Shown here in pieces: positions 11,952-26,019 of a stretch of DNA of 64,000 nt. Each line of letters begins with the position of its first letter. The stretch's first letter is position 1. The DNA comes from Antedon mediterranea (Eukaryota > Animalia > Echinodermata): assembly GCF_964355755.1 (NCBI RefSeq), contig NC_092676.1:25314871-25378870 (forward strand). Direction: 5' to 3'. Made by a program: the position numbers and the translations under genes. The notes under the pieces were generated by a model that had not been told where the DNA came from, searched no databases, and was given only the letters and a program-made list of their open reading frames with translations.

Positions 11952-13265
11952 TTTATTGAGTATAAACTCACTCTGATGAACTTTAAATGATTTTTTATTA
12001 AAATAAATACTCAACGGAAAAATGTAGTATTCATTGAAAATATTGAATCATTTTACATTAAGTAAAAAAAAGGACGCTGAGATCGTTTCTTACAGTACTA
12101 CCCTTTTCCTACCTGTGTACCAGACTCAAGTGAAATATTAGAAACGTCAATTTGTAGTATTAAAGTATCAAAGAACATTTTTCTTTGTTTTGTCATTTAA
12201 GAATTCGGTCGATGACATGTTTAATCTGTCAGGCTGATGGTTACTTTAAATGTTCAGCATTTTTTGCACTCGACTTCACTAGGCTTGCAATGATTGGATG
12301 TCTACATCATCTACACTTCAAGACAGCCTGCTTGAGATTGAACATGGATATCATATGTCTCCTCATTTACCACCATGCTTCTAAATTGCTTTTTGACAAT
12401 TCATCTCACTCTATCCCTTAGTTTATAAAAGCAAAGTTGATGAAAATTTAAATAAACATCAACATTCTAGTATGTCAACTTTGTTTTCTGTTGGTTATGT
12501 TCAATAATTCTAAACAAAAACATTAGATGATTTTAAAAATAGTTTGTGGCTTGTTGCATATTTGTTCTAATCTCTTGATTAATTGATAAGTTAAGTGGTA
12601 TTTTATATTCTGTGTGGTTACAATAATCGTTTGTTATATAGAAAAAAAAAGTGTTTTGTTGAATTATGCTATTTTAACTGCGAAGTAGGCTATTCCAAGT
12701 CTTTTTTATTAATCTTCATTTTTAATGTTTTTGGGGGACAATACATATTTAACTACCTTGGACAAAATAAATATTTATTTAATTGTTCATGATTTTAAAA
12801 AGCATTAGAAAAAGAAAATTTTGTTGGGTTTTTCTGTACCATAATATCTTACTTACTTCCATTTTCATGATATTTTAAATAAATAATTGTTTGCCTATTG
12901 AAAGTGAAAGATGTTCGTTCTTCATAGATCTGCTTTGATTGTATTTTGTAAACAAACCATTATTTATTATTAGTACGATTCTAACTTTTTAGTAGGTTAA
13001 AAGCAAGCTATTAGCCAACCAGATTATAAAAAAAGATATGTTACAAAAAGAAATGATGGCACAGTTTGTGGAGGACACCATAATAATGAGAGGGCACTCA
13101 ACTGAATTTGTTAGTTTTGTAATTTTTCAGAAAGAGCTATTGTCGTTTTATCCATGTAAGCAAATTAGACTACCAATACCACTGTTGGTTTACAATTAAA
13201 TATTTTAAAAATATATAATATATTCTATTAAAAAAAGGAAAAAAAATCCTACAGAATAATGCTTA

Positions 13266-13426
13266 AATCTCTTTCTCACTATCAAACTAGTTTGACAAAA
13301 AAAATGTGATGTGCCTAAATATGGTAGTGATATGCCCTGATATGGTTGTCATATGACATTGTCATGTCCATATATGGCACATCACATTTGTTTGTCACAT
13401 AGAGTTTGATAGTATAGACAGAGCTT
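13266..13426. mobile_element. MITE family A copy
   Basis: Same TIR (left degenerate) and internal sequence. Confidence 0.8.
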
Positions 13427-13855
13427 TATAAAAAGTAACATTCATGTTCACATAAGTTTTAGTTTTTTAAAATATAGATAAAGTATCGGGATAAAAATTC
13501 AACAAAAGGAATTTGTGATGCTTTGAAGTCGCAGCAAAGGTTTAGACATGTTCCCTATGCTGTAGTTTGGTCACCATTCAGAAAGAGCCCCCTACTGGGT
13601 TAGCAACCTCATACAATCATAGGACATGACTTTCACTGCTTAACCCAATTATTAACACAAACTGATTCTGACAGAATCAACAGAGCTTGAATGTTTTTAG
13701 TATTTTACTATTTTTGGAATTTATTATTTCAAGTGTTAATTAAATGTACATTTATCGATGCAAAAAAGCGATATTACTACTGTAGTATTCAATTCATATT
13801 AAATCATAAACAAATCTTATGTTTATTTTAGTATAGATTGATTTGTTTTTATGTA

Positions 13856-13992
13856 CTGTCTACACTATCAAACTAATTTGACAAAAAAAATGTGATGTTC
13901 CCAAATATGGTAGTGATATGACATCATCATATCCATATATGGGCACATCACATTTTTTTGTCACATAAAGTTTGATGGTGTAAGCAGAGCTT
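13856..13992. mobile_element. MITE family A copy
   Basis: Same internal sequence and TIRs. Confidence 0.8.
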
Positions 13993-13994
13993 AA

Positions 13995-15048
13995 AGACAC
14001 CTTCCCTACAATGTTTGTAAAAATAATACATATATTACTTTAAAAACATTAAACCAGGTCATTCCTTGTCTTAAATGTACGTTTTATGGTAAATTATTAT
14101 AAAAAGTGAGAAACAATGTACTACCTAAGTAGCTCGCGGCGACTGACCTCTCGTGGACGGTCTTTAGGCCTAGCCTAGTAGTCCGGACAATGATACACAA
14201 ACTCGTGGTAGTTACTTTAACCGTTCTTTATTCTTCGGTAAAGTCTGAAACACAAATAAACTCAATGAAAACACGCACAAGGCAGCACAGCTGCGTGTGC
14301 AAACAACCCCAAAATACAGCGTAGCAGATACATACAGTCAAACTACTACACGAGGGCTAGTCAGGCTTATGGCCAATTAGCCGATCGAAACACTTAACAA
14401 ATAGCTTAACTAATAATTTTAATATTCAAAGTCAAGAACATTAACACAACTTAAATGTTATAAAACGTACGTAGTACTCCCACGTATCACTGTCGGAAAT
14501 AAGATAAATACAGTATCTACTATTAGATAATAAGCGTGATCTTGCTGACAATTCTATTTACCACCAAAACAAATCTTTACGCCACCAACGTCAAAGTTCG
14601 AAATCCGAAACACCTAGCTAGGCTTAGTTTTGTAGGCCTAGTTGGTAAACATCGGTAACGTACGAACATCGTACGCTAGCTATATACCTAGCCTGACGTT
14701 GTATAGTTGCTGCATTAATTGTCTTTCTATTTTTGCCAGACTCCGTTGATACAAATTGGGGAAAACCCGGTATTTTCGCTGAAAAGTTAGGAGTCTTCCA
14801 TTGGTTTTGGCCTCACGATCGATCGAAAAGTGGGTGAATTACAGAAGATAAACAGAAATATCAATCCGTGCGCAATGCATTTTGGGATTTATAGCGGGCC
14901 GCTATAATTATTAGAATCGACTTATTTTTCACATTTTTAACCATTTAAAGACGAAAAAGTTATCGCAATAGGACCATATATTATTATTTTTACATTAAAT
15001 ATAGTTTGTGATCTTAAAATAGATCTAAAAAACGTAGGGAAGGGGGCT
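13995..15048. mobile_element. Non-autonomous DNA transposon, Kolobok-like
   Basis: TTAA at 13991-13994 and 15049-15052 flank imperfect TIRs AGACACCTTCCCTAC / GTAGGGAAGGGGGCT. AG...CT termini with a TTAA TSD fit Kolobok. No transposase ORF. Confidence 0.7.
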
Positions 15049-16608
15049 TTAATGTCAACATTATTCTACTATACTGTATCAATATTTTATTTACTCATTG
15101 TTGGGGTAATCATTACAATACATTGTAGTAAACTTGTTGAAACAAACTTAAAATCATATGCTATAATTGCAGAAAAAAGTAGTTATTGCAGTAATTCCAG
15201 TAGAATTAAAATTTGTATGATCCCTATAAAAATGAAAGTTGATTGTTCATGAAATACTTTAAATAGATAATTAAAAGTACCATCAATAGTTTCAATTTAA
15301 CATTAATTGTGTCTAAATGGTGATAATTGTTGATGTTTCGATTATATTAATGAATTGAAACTTTATAAAAAGGTTTTTTTTTAAATGGTTAAATTATTAA
15401 GAGTTTTGATAGTGTATTTGTTAGTTTAGGTATGACAGTATAATTCTTGTTATTGTAGTAAAAGAATTTTAACAAAAAATGCATGTTTTTAACAGAAAAG
15501 GCATGTTTTTAACAGAAACTTTAGACTTTAAGTAAAGTAACTGATTATTTTATCTTCTACTATAAACTAAATTATTTAACTAAATTTAGTTGAAATCAAC
15601 AAATATCAATATAAAACATAGCCAATTTGTTTTCTGTAATTCTGTAGAGCTACAGTAGCTGAACATTTCCAAATCCATGCGATTTGTGATGTATGATTTT
15701 ATAGAAACTGTTAAATTTAGACTTTCATAATTTTCTGCTATAAACTGAAAAGTCAAATTTAACTCAATATTTTTTATCCAGACTTGATTAAATTGTGCGT
15801 ACAAAGCTATGGATTGTAGACTTGTTTTCTGATTTTGAGGCCTCACCATTAGAGGCAAGAAACCGTATCTGTTTCATAGCTATTTTCTGAATATAGACTG
15901 ACACATACATTTCATTAGCACAAGTAATCTGTAATTAGTGAATGAGATGTGAATATGTTTATGACTACTGTACTGATAAATGTATACACTGTATCTCTTT
16001 GAGATGTTTATTACCTGCTTAATAATTATAGAGACATTACGCTTTTTTTTTTAATACTGTAATGTATTTTTGACAAACCCAAAAAGTTGTTACTTCTTTA
16101 GAGGGAAATTCACAATTACAGTGTTACAGTATTTCTGTTCTAAACAATATACAAACATGTCATCTGTATATAAAGGATCTCAATTAAAGCTTTAAAAAAA
16201 GTATACTACATGACTAGCTTACAGTAGTTGGATAAACCGACATAGGCCCTTTTCCCTTCAAGGGGAGAACATACCAAAAAGTAAAAATCTTCTTAGTATT
16301 CCCCTCCAATTAGTGATATCGTCCGTGACCGCGCCCCGCAGGTAGGCAGCAACGCCCATACAGTACATACTGTATCTCACTATTTTCTTTTCCAGACACT
16401 GTACTGTATGAGAGAGATGTATCTAATTGTTATAACTTGAATTCAAGATTATAATACTAAAAAGTCTTATTGTCAGTCATTTATCATAAATATCATATCA
16501 TACATTTAATGAGTATCAAACAGTCACACACGCAGCAAAATATAAAGAATACACAAATACAAAAGATGTACATTAAAATCATAAGGATAAAAATACTTAA
16601 AGTGGTAA

Positions 16609-16999
16609 AATAGTCATAGTCATAGTCATACTTTATTGTTCATTTAAAAAACAGAAATGTGATTTGAAAACTGGCAAAATACAAAAATATAAAATACAAT
16701 TTACAAAAACACACACAAAAAGTTAAGAGGCTAAAAATTGTTAAAATTAGATAAAAATAATTATTATTTAATTATATTATATGATTTATTATTATATTGA
16801 ACTAACGATGATTTAAAGTTTATATAAAAGCATTAAAACTATAAAAATAAACAAAAGCGGTTACATTTTACCTTTGTACTCTGGAGTTATATAAGTGTAT
16901 AGCATTAGGTACAAACGAGCACCTAAACCGTTTGGTTTTGGTATTAAGTGCACGTAGTCTTATGCCAGAATTCATGAGAGCAAATTGTTTGTGAAGAGA
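16609..16999 (-). mobile_element. 5'-truncated Rex1/Babar-like LINE 3' end
   Basis: Minus-strand peptide SLHKQFALMNSGIRLRALNTKTKRFRCSFVPNAIHLYNSRVQR* (stop 16868-16870), then a 3'UTR, AATAAA and a (GACTAT)n tail at about 16610-16630. Confidence 0.75.
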
Positions 17000-17330
17000 A
17001 TATAAAATAGGTTAAAATTTCACCTGTAATAGATTTTTTATGAACAGGAAGTATTGTGTGTATTAAAGGTACAATGCCACTTTGTATTTAATACATAAAA
17101 ACAAATTCTGATCTGCTTAAATTGACAGACTTAAAACCTGTTTTATGATGATTATGTCAGAAACCATACTAAACGTTTTGACTGCTGTACTTACAACTTA
17201 CATTATCTAAAGGTGATAAATTAACCTGGTTAAACATTCTACAGAAGTGCAGTAGTTCATCACTGACTACTTTAGTTGAATCTAGGAACTATGACACTCC
17301 TTAAAAACCTTTTACTCCACTATCAAGTAA

Positions 17331-17561
<231 letters not shown>

Positions 17562-18789
17562 TGAAATTGCTTGTTAATATAAAATACGAATTATTTATAA
17601 TAGTCTGGTGATTAAAGGATCACATTTAGACTACAAGCTTTCAACTTGCAATGCAGTTGTTAATCCATCTCAGCATTGTATGTTGACCGATGGATGTTGA
17701 CCGATAATAACCATTCCGCATATGACAGAGGAAAATGGCAAACCTTAGTGGAAAGAGTAAACTATAATGATGACCAATGGGGAGTTCTTGTCTTTTTAAC
17801 GAAACGTCTAATGATTTTATAAAGATGCTGTCACATAATGGTACAGTATGGTTTGTAGACTGTACCATTTATGGCGAGGGGAGTTATATCTCCTCCTTGA
17901 GGAGAATAGAACGATGATGGTTTATCAATAGGTTTGCACTCATAGACTACCAACCATGTTGATTTGTATACAGTAGTACCCATTAAGAACACTTGGATAA
18001 TACTACTAAACTTTTTTTTTTCTTTCTGACATAATTCAAGTACAAAATTGACTACTTTTCCTTTGAAATGTTCATTCTCTATGCAAAATAAAAGATTTTC
18101 TCAAATTACACCTATAACTTATGATTGCATAAGTCTTGCTGAATCTAATTCTGGTTTTAAAAGAAATTTCTTGTTTTACAAAATAAATTGTATGTAAACC
18201 AACACTATTCAATTACCAGAGTTTTTTATTTAAACTTCCGTGTATCTTGATTGTTGTACAGTCTGATAATAATCCATGTAAAATTCTTCCCTTATGATGA
18301 CTATTAGGTTAAATAGAAGGCATAGTTCACAATAAAGTTTGTAGTTATTAACTCTATCAACTTTAAATTACAACCAAATATAACAATTATATGATAAACA
18401 AACAACAACTGAACTGAACCAACAACTGAACTGAACCGTCAACTTGACTGAAAAGAAATTTATGGGTGACTGCCAACGAAACTTTTTAAAACCTTTTTAT
18501 CGTCAATAGAAATAGATTTTTTCAACTGATTCAATTGAAGGTATTCAAAAGCTTTGTATTGTTAACAATGGAAAACCCGAATAATAAGTTCAATTTGTTT
18601 GAGGCTAACTGTATCTATATCTTGTTAATAGTTGTAGGCTATTTCACACCCTGTTCTAACTCCTTGTTACATTCCGGAAGTACTACCGCAAAGTAGTTGT
18701 ACAATGTTACAGTACTGCAGTTTTACTGTAACTGTTACAGTACTTTGTTTAATTCTTAAAAATGAAACTATGTCCCAGTAATAAGGCTG

Positions 18790-18931
18790 AAGCTCTGTCT
18801 ACAGTATCAAACTTTATGTGTCAAAACAATATGATGTGCCAATATATGGACATGATGATGTCATATCACTACCATATTTGGGCACATTACATTTTTTTGT
18901 CACATAAAGTGTGATAGTGTAGACAGAGCTT
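18790..18931. mobile_element. MITE family A copy (opposite orientation)
   Basis: Full TIRs. Confidence 0.85.
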
Positions 18932-19501
18932 TACATTGTTGTGAAAGTCTACACACTCATCTCCCGCTCCTAAAGTTAAAAATATAAGTGCTGTTTTGTC
19001 TGCAAAAGATGATAATGTAGAGAATATCATTACTGTACCCTTAAATAAATATTATATTAAATTGTTTTTTACAATAATATTCTCCCTTCCTGAATCCTAG
19101 CCCAGGCAATATTTCATTTGCTATAACTTATTTTAATTTACATCAGAACATGTTATAGGGTACAGCTGTTTGCATTAAGTATGTTTATTGTTTGAAGTAA
19201 GACTATAAGTATAAACATTCCATAGATCTTACTTTGCTAATTGATAATATAGACAGGCTGAATAGGCTAAGAAGATGATTACTCATGTTCATCAAGTAAA
19301 GGACGGACTCATTTAAATAATTAAGAAGTGTCTAGTCAAAATTTATATGGAAATGTATTTGTTTATACTTTATATTAGGGATGTACTACAAAATTTGTGA
19401 ACTAAAAAGGAAACAATATTAAATACAAACCTCTCAGTATCATGAATGATCGATCACATACTGTAGAGCCTATGCCAAACCCCTAAATAAACGTAATTGA
19501 A

Positions 19502-19965
19502 TTGTCCATGGAGTCGGAATTGTCCATGGAGTCGGAACTGTCGATGGAATCGGAACTGTCCATGGAGTCGGAACTGTCCATGGAGTCGGAACTGTCCATG
19601 GAGTCGGAACTGTCCATGAAGTCGGAACTGTCCATGGAGTCGGAACTGTCCATGGAGTCGGAACTGTCCATGAAGTCGGAACTGTCCATGGAGTCGGAAC
19701 TGTCCATGAAGTCGGAATTGTCCATGGAGTCGGAATTGTCCATGGATTCGGAACTGTCCATGGAGTCGGAACTGTCCATGGAGTCGGAACTGTCCATGGA
19801 GTCGGAACTGTCCATGGAGTCGGAACTGTCCATGGAGTCGGAACTGTCCATGGAGTCGGAACTGTCCATGGAGTCGGAACTGTCCATGGAGTCGAAACTG
19901 TCCATGGAGTCGGAATTGTCCATGGAGTCGGAATTGTCCATGAAGTCGGAATTGTCCATGAAGTC
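19502..19965. repeat. 18-bp minisatellite (GGAACTGTCCATGGAGTC), about 25 units
   Basis: Directly visible; explains the three repetitive ORFs reported here. Confidence 0.97.
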
Positions 19966-19989
19966 CAAATTATTTCTTGAGTCTGTAAA

Positions 19990-20345
19990 TTTAAATGGGG
20001 GGAATAACCTGTGACTTGCAGCCTACTGGGCTGAATTGTACACAGATGTGGACGACACATACCACAACTTTCTTCTCCCCTGGGGTGTCGAGTGCTGCCA
20101 CAAACGACGCCCGTTCATCTGTCCACAACGATGGGGGAATATGAATGGACCAGTACACTAAGGAAACCCCCTACTCTTCCAAAAGATGTACTGGGTTCTT
20201 TAAAGTACACACGAGTACACTGAACTCTCCTGAAGTCCTTATCCAGGACAATGGTTAAGGAGTGACTTGAACCTGTGCCAATTGTAAAGGTAAAGCTATA
20301 GTTTGTGGAAGCACCCCTGCCATAATCGCGCGGCCATTCGACTTA
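19990..20345 (-). mobile_element. Diverged Deu-like SINE copy
   Basis: aaaccccctactcttcc...ctgggttctttaaagtacac...gtccttatcc is shared with 41830-42189. Confidence 0.55.
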
Positions 20346-21899
20346 ACTAAATTGTACATGGAATCCCAATTGTCCAAGGAGTCCCAATATGCCATGTTCC
20401 GAATCGTCTGTACCTTTAACATTAAGGATGCCATGAATAACATAGCTTCTATTGCAGATGCTTTTAATAATTCTTCATACTTTATAAATTCAACATTTTT
20501 TGTGCTGCATCAAATACATAATCAATAAAATATCTACTTAGGTTTATGTCGTTTATTGGCCTCTTAAAACTGTGAAATGTCAAGGTCAGTATGTTGAGAT
20601 CAAACCACACTACTCTATCAGTAGTGGCGCTGTAGTTTGGTTGTTTTAACATTCCTGCATACTGGGTTCAAGTCATGGCTAGTCTGTTTAACAGTGATGC
20701 CACAATATAAATTGCCCAACATATTGATAATTTAGTTTCTCTTTGTTGTACATGTAGAGTACATAACATTAATTCTTGTTGTTTTGTTTACATTCATAGA
20801 ACAGCTGGTCTAAAAACTGCAGAACGTAAACAGAAATGAAAATATTTGTTTATTTAACAACATACTGTACTGCTACTGTAGGCCTTAGGGTTGTTGTATT
20901 CATTTATTTAAGAGTACAGGATAAATGATCAATGTTTTGAATATAGAACAATCAATAAAATTGGTTTACTTAATTTTTCTATCTAGGCTTCCTTAGAACT
21001 GTGTTGGCAAATGTATCTAAAAAATGGTCCTTGTTTATTATAGAAAAAAACCTTAAGTAAACCAGAAACTACGAAGATCAACGGACGAAGAGACAACCAA
21101 ATAATTGTTCTTAAACATTGATATGACGATGATAGTGTAAAATGTTGCCTATTAAGGATAAAACATTACAGAAGAATTGATTATCAGTCAACTCTTCTCT
21201 AAAAAGATCTATAAATTCGTACGCATTTGAATTTGAATCTCTCACGATAGGTAATCCAATCAGTACAATTCTCCCACCATCATAATTTAACGTGCGATAA
21301 TAATTTAATATGTTTCGGTCGGAAGAATAAGATTTAGAAACAGTCGCAAAGTCTGTCAGATTTGATGTTAAGGTCACATGCGTTGTTACCGATACTATAA
21401 TTTTCAAGTGTGAATCGATGGAATTGATTTAACCATATCTCGTACCATAGACATAATCATATGATGAAGATGCATGCTACAGCACTTTGGACATCCATCA
21501 TTCCGTTTACGCAAAGACTCAAATCACGACCTAAAGCTAGATCTCTCCTCATATTTAATTTCAGCGACTTCCTAGTATTGTTAACGAATCTATGAAAGGA
21601 ATTAATATCATTAGATGACTTTGATGCGGCAAATTGCGAGTGTAATTACGTGGTTTTTATTTGTGTTTCTGCAGGTGCCTTTACTCTTAAAGAATATGCA
21701 TTAGTTCCGTGACAGTACACACCAATTGCATAGCATAACAACATGCAGAAATCAATTTTGAATTTGATCAAACACTCTATATTTAGTAATTTAAAAATCT
21801 TTGAAATTATTATTATTACAATTATACCCGTGGTTGATATACTGTAACTTCAGCCGCGGCCATATCATGCAACACTTTTAGTTCTATGCCACCTATATA

Positions 21900-22120
21900 A
21901 AGCTCTGTTTACACTATCACATTTTATGTGACAAAAAAAATGTGATGTGCTCATTATATTCAACCTGTTAGTGGCGGTTTCATGCGCTGTTGGTTGACAA
22001 CTGAATAAAATAAAAATAAAAAAATAAAATGATGATGTCATATCACTACTATTGGGAATATCACTACCATATTTGGGCACATCACACTTTTTTTGTCGAA
22101 CTAGTTTGATAGTGTAGACA
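21900..22120. mobile_element. MITE family A copy interrupted by a short A-tailed insert (about 21955-22028)
   Basis: MITE halves flank about 75 nt of foreign sequence ending in (AAAATA)n. Confidence 0.75.
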
Positions 22121-22725
22121 ACACTCAATAAACAGTGAAGGTCTTTGACCAATAAAATGTCCAAACATTAGTAGGTGAGTCATTTTATCATCTATCGCAC
22201 AGAAACAGCCAGCAATGGAAAATACCAGAATATTCATCGGTAATAACCATCCTAATACTATTGGCGCCAATACATACATATATTCACAATGTTTTTTATC
22301 TTATTATATTTCTTGATTGTGTTTGATATCCATATAATCCGTGGGACTGCGATTCTTCTGTATCAGATCTCCTCTGAGATTTCGAGATATAGTGTCTTTA
22401 GTTTCAAGAATTTGTTAACTAAATTCAATAATCAAATGCATAATTAGAAAATATGAAATTACTGTTGGTCTCTAGTATTTGAAAATGTCATTTCTATTCA
22501 TCATGATGTCTTTAGTGCACAAATTGAGAAGAGAAAGGGTGCATTAAACATAGATATTTTAATGCATATTTGTTTAATAATTTTCACTATTTTTTACACA
22601 GGTCAATTATTTTCTCCCATGAAAAAATAAAACTTAATTTTTTAAGTTTTGTGGGTTTTATTATAAAATTTATTTAAGAAATTTTAAAGAACATTTTTCT
22701 CTTTTTCATCCTGAAATCTTTTCAG

Positions 22726-22758
22726 AAGTCGCCAAATTCCTCTCGTCGCCAAAGAAAA
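22726..22758 (+). CDS. Candidate 33-nt frame-preserving microexon of ARHGAP39-like gene (KSPNSSRRQRK)
   Basis: Pyrimidine tract plus TTTCAG acceptor, AAA|GTAAGT donor, phase 0-0 matching both flanking exons, no stop codon. Confidence 0.55.
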
Positions 22759-24650
22759 GTAAGTCTTCATTCGAGGGTGCACCACATTGTTTGTTTTTTT
22801 TTAAACTTGACTTTGTCAAAATCGCTTTATCCTAAAATCTGTTCATTCAATTCTTTTGCTATGCTGCATGGCAATAATTTAAATATAGTAGTCAATTATA
22901 GCTCATAATTTCTTTCAATTCCAACATGATGAAATCATATTTCTCCATGATTCAAGGTAAATGCATTTTTTCATGAGAATTACTGTACTGTGGTTATTCA
23001 TTTATTTGTTTTTTTAAATATTTCTTTTAATATTTGAAGTATACACTTCTTTTAACATATTTAGTTTTTGCACAATGCTTTGATGATAAATCTGTTCACT
23101 TTTTGGTACTTGTACTTTGTTAATGTTATTGAGCAGCGAAAAAAAACATTTTAAGGAATGGAAGAATTTGCATTAACTAGTAATATGAATAGAGCACCTA
23201 AAAAAATGTGTACCCTGGATTTCTGTCCGCAAGGTCACTGCACCAGATCCAGTCTTTTTGTCAGTATTTCATAATTTACTATACAGCGTGTGCTACAAAT
23301 TGAATCTTACTGCAACAGTTCTGTAAATAAACTAAAATTAGCATCATTTTCTTTATGAAATAATTATAGATCAAATTTTAAAATTAATTTTAATTTTAAT
23401 ATGAAAGGTCATGAATGATCAATTAATTAAGCATATCATGTGGCCATAGATTGATCAGGTGATCCATGTTAATCATCATATTGAAACGCTTGTAAAAAAT
23501 GGCATTGAAATTTTTATTGTTGTATAAAATATGTTAATTTTTATTCTTAAATTATTATGAGTGTACATTTTATTGGTGTTATATTATTCAATGTTCTACA
23601 TATTTTCAAATTCATTAACAATAAATTTTAAAGAGTTGTTTATATATTTTTCTAATATTATTATATTTTATATCATACTATTTTAAAGCAATTATATACT
23701 GTACTATTGCAAAAACCTCAGTTTAGTTTTCTCAACCACAATGAGAAAAAACATAGTTTTTATAAAATACATTAAAATTACAACAAAAATTAAAAGGTAA
23801 TTTAAACAGGTTTCAATTAAAAAATTTTCGAGTTTGGATTCTTAAATTCTGAAATATCAAGAAATCTAATCAAACCATTTTTATTGGAATTAAAAATATA
23901 TATTTTTCAATTCTCAGAAGTTAAGAATTATTGAAAGGAATGACATTTTGAGATTAAATCAAAATGTCGTGATTAAAGATATTTTTTTATGAAGGTACTT
24001 TAATTAATATTTTATAATGTTAGATTTTGTATAAATAATTAATAAAATGCATATAATAGAAGTAATCAGAATCAATATAGATCGGTTCACGGTATGTTAC
24101 ATAAATGGGTCAAATATGGTATTTGCAATGCACAGTTAGACAGTAAAATGAATGATGATCTCATTGGGAGATTGGTTAATGCCATCATGGATGCATGCTA
24201 CAGCAAGCTAGGGATTCATTTCAAGGGTGCTTAGCTTAGTGGGAAAAAATATTAGACAATGCATGATGAGAAAATATCGGTTTTTACTATTTATTGAAGA
24301 CATGTTTCTTTTCTCTTACGCACGTCCAGGACATTCAACGAAGAATGCAGATCTGTTTTTTTTTTTTTTATTATAAATTTTTTCGATTGAAATTGTACAA
24401 AGAACACAAAGCAATAGAGCATAACCAACAAGTGTAAAATCACAAACCAATAATGTGATAAGAATTGGTGCGGTTAAGAAAGCTATCACAACATGGACTG
24501 GTTTGTGAGTGTATGCAACACGTTGGTTTGTGCTATTATTTTGTGACTTATTACCTGTTCGAAAACCTATTATCATTTCACAGTACTGTATACGGTACTA
24601 CAAGTCCTAATAATTGGATTATGATACAATTTACAGTAGCACTCCTATGT

Positions 24651-24776
24651 AAGGCCAACTCAGACAGCTTGTCAGGAAAAAATTAAACATGTTTAAAGTT
24701 CTCGCTACAAGCTAAAACTTCCGACGCTATCTCAAGACTACTCGTCTCGTCGTATGACGCTGTCTGAGTTGGCCTT
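24651..24776. mobile_element. MITE family B (TIR AAGGCCAACTCAGACAGC)
   Basis: 18-bp TIRs; related copy at 56551-56737 and a similar TIR at about 46976-47150. Confidence 0.75.
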
Positions 24777-25449
24777 TAGGAACACCATTTGGACACAACC
24801 AAGTTCCCCCTTTAACCTTAAAAGGGGTCTCCCAAAGGAGGGGCGCTACTGTATTACGTAATATATATTTATATCATCATATCATTCATTCATTATACAT
24901 TTAAACATGACAATAATATAAATTTCTTGAAGGGTATAATTATTACTTCAGAATGAAATAGACACTAGAATAATTGTACAGTACTTGTTTTAAAAAGTCA
25001 CATCATTGCTTTGTGTTTTCCAGTAATAAATGTAAAACCATGCTACTATTAATAAAAAGTAAATCAATTGATAATTGATAGTACGCTATTCCTATAATCT
25101 ATTTTGCTCATTAGACAATTCTCATGAAATCAAATCATCAATTCATTTGAAACCGAGTGATATTCATTTTTCAATATTTCAATAGATTATTCTTATGTAG
25201 ATAAATGTGTATGAGTTAATGGAAAGAAACGATACCCAATAAATCATGCTATATATAGAAATTATCCAAATCTGGGATTTAAGTAGTGTAGAGATATTCA
25301 AAGCAAATGGTTGTAATACGGTATGTAGAAATATGTGCATAGCCTTGCTGGAATTATCGAGTTTGCTATAGGTCAAAGGTCATTTCAAATGTATTTTAAG
25401 TCTTTACAATTTAAGATATATTCCCTAACTAATGACCAATTCTTCACTA

Positions 25450-25768
25450 AAAGGTGTATTGTATTTTGTTTAATGTGACATTTTAATATCCCATAATTTA
25501 GTTACCCACTTTGACCAAAAATTGGATCGAAAAAATTTATTTACCTGAAAAAACTGTAATTTAAATCAAAAAATAGTCAAATTGGCTGCCAGCCAATGGA
25601 TTTTTGGTTGCATTTATTTTGTCATTTTATAAGTGAAAACATTATTTTCTTACCATTTTTTTTTCTACATAAGTGATTAACTTGATTAAAACTACAAAAT
25701 AATCTATTCAAAGTCAGATTTAATCAATCTTCATTTTTCATGTTTTTCGGGGACAATACACCTTTAAG
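25450..25768. mobile_element. Short Kolobok-like MITE family (TIR AGGTGTATTGTCCCC, TTAA flank)
   Basis: Right end ggggacaatacacct|ttaa; homologous segments at about 12690-12752, 41652-41700 and 61198-61403. Confidence 0.55.
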
Positions 25769-25959
25769 TCTCTAATCATGGACCATTTGTTGTCAGTAAT
25801 ATACAGTACATACCATGATATCAGGATAATATGTAATAACATTCTACAAAACAATAAAAGAACAAGGGATTGTATTCCATTACCTGACGATACATGTTTA
25901 AAGCCTGTTAGGTTAAAGGTACACATTCTATTGATTGGATACTCTGTTTCCTTTTGCAG

Positions 25960-26019
25960 ACATTAAAGACCAATACAGAAGCCAAAGATGATAGTAGGAA
26001 ACATCGAAGTCACACGGCA
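25960..26019 (+). CDS. ARHGAP39: ARHGAP39-like exon (TLKTNTEAKDDSRKHRSHTA)
   Basis: ttgcAG|ACA...GCA|GTGAGT. TLKxNTE follows LAKLQ in ARHGAP39 homologues. Confidence 0.88.

Noticed and set aside
19470-20060. Three long repetitive ORFs (WTVPTP, MDSSDS, MESELS repeats)
   Set aside because: By-products of an 18-bp stop-free minisatellite; no splice signals linking them to the gene.
21060-21700. 98-aa minus-strand ORF 21111-21407 and surrounding sequence
   Set aside because: No convincing domain; may be a heavily decayed LINE fragment but cannot be supported by eye.
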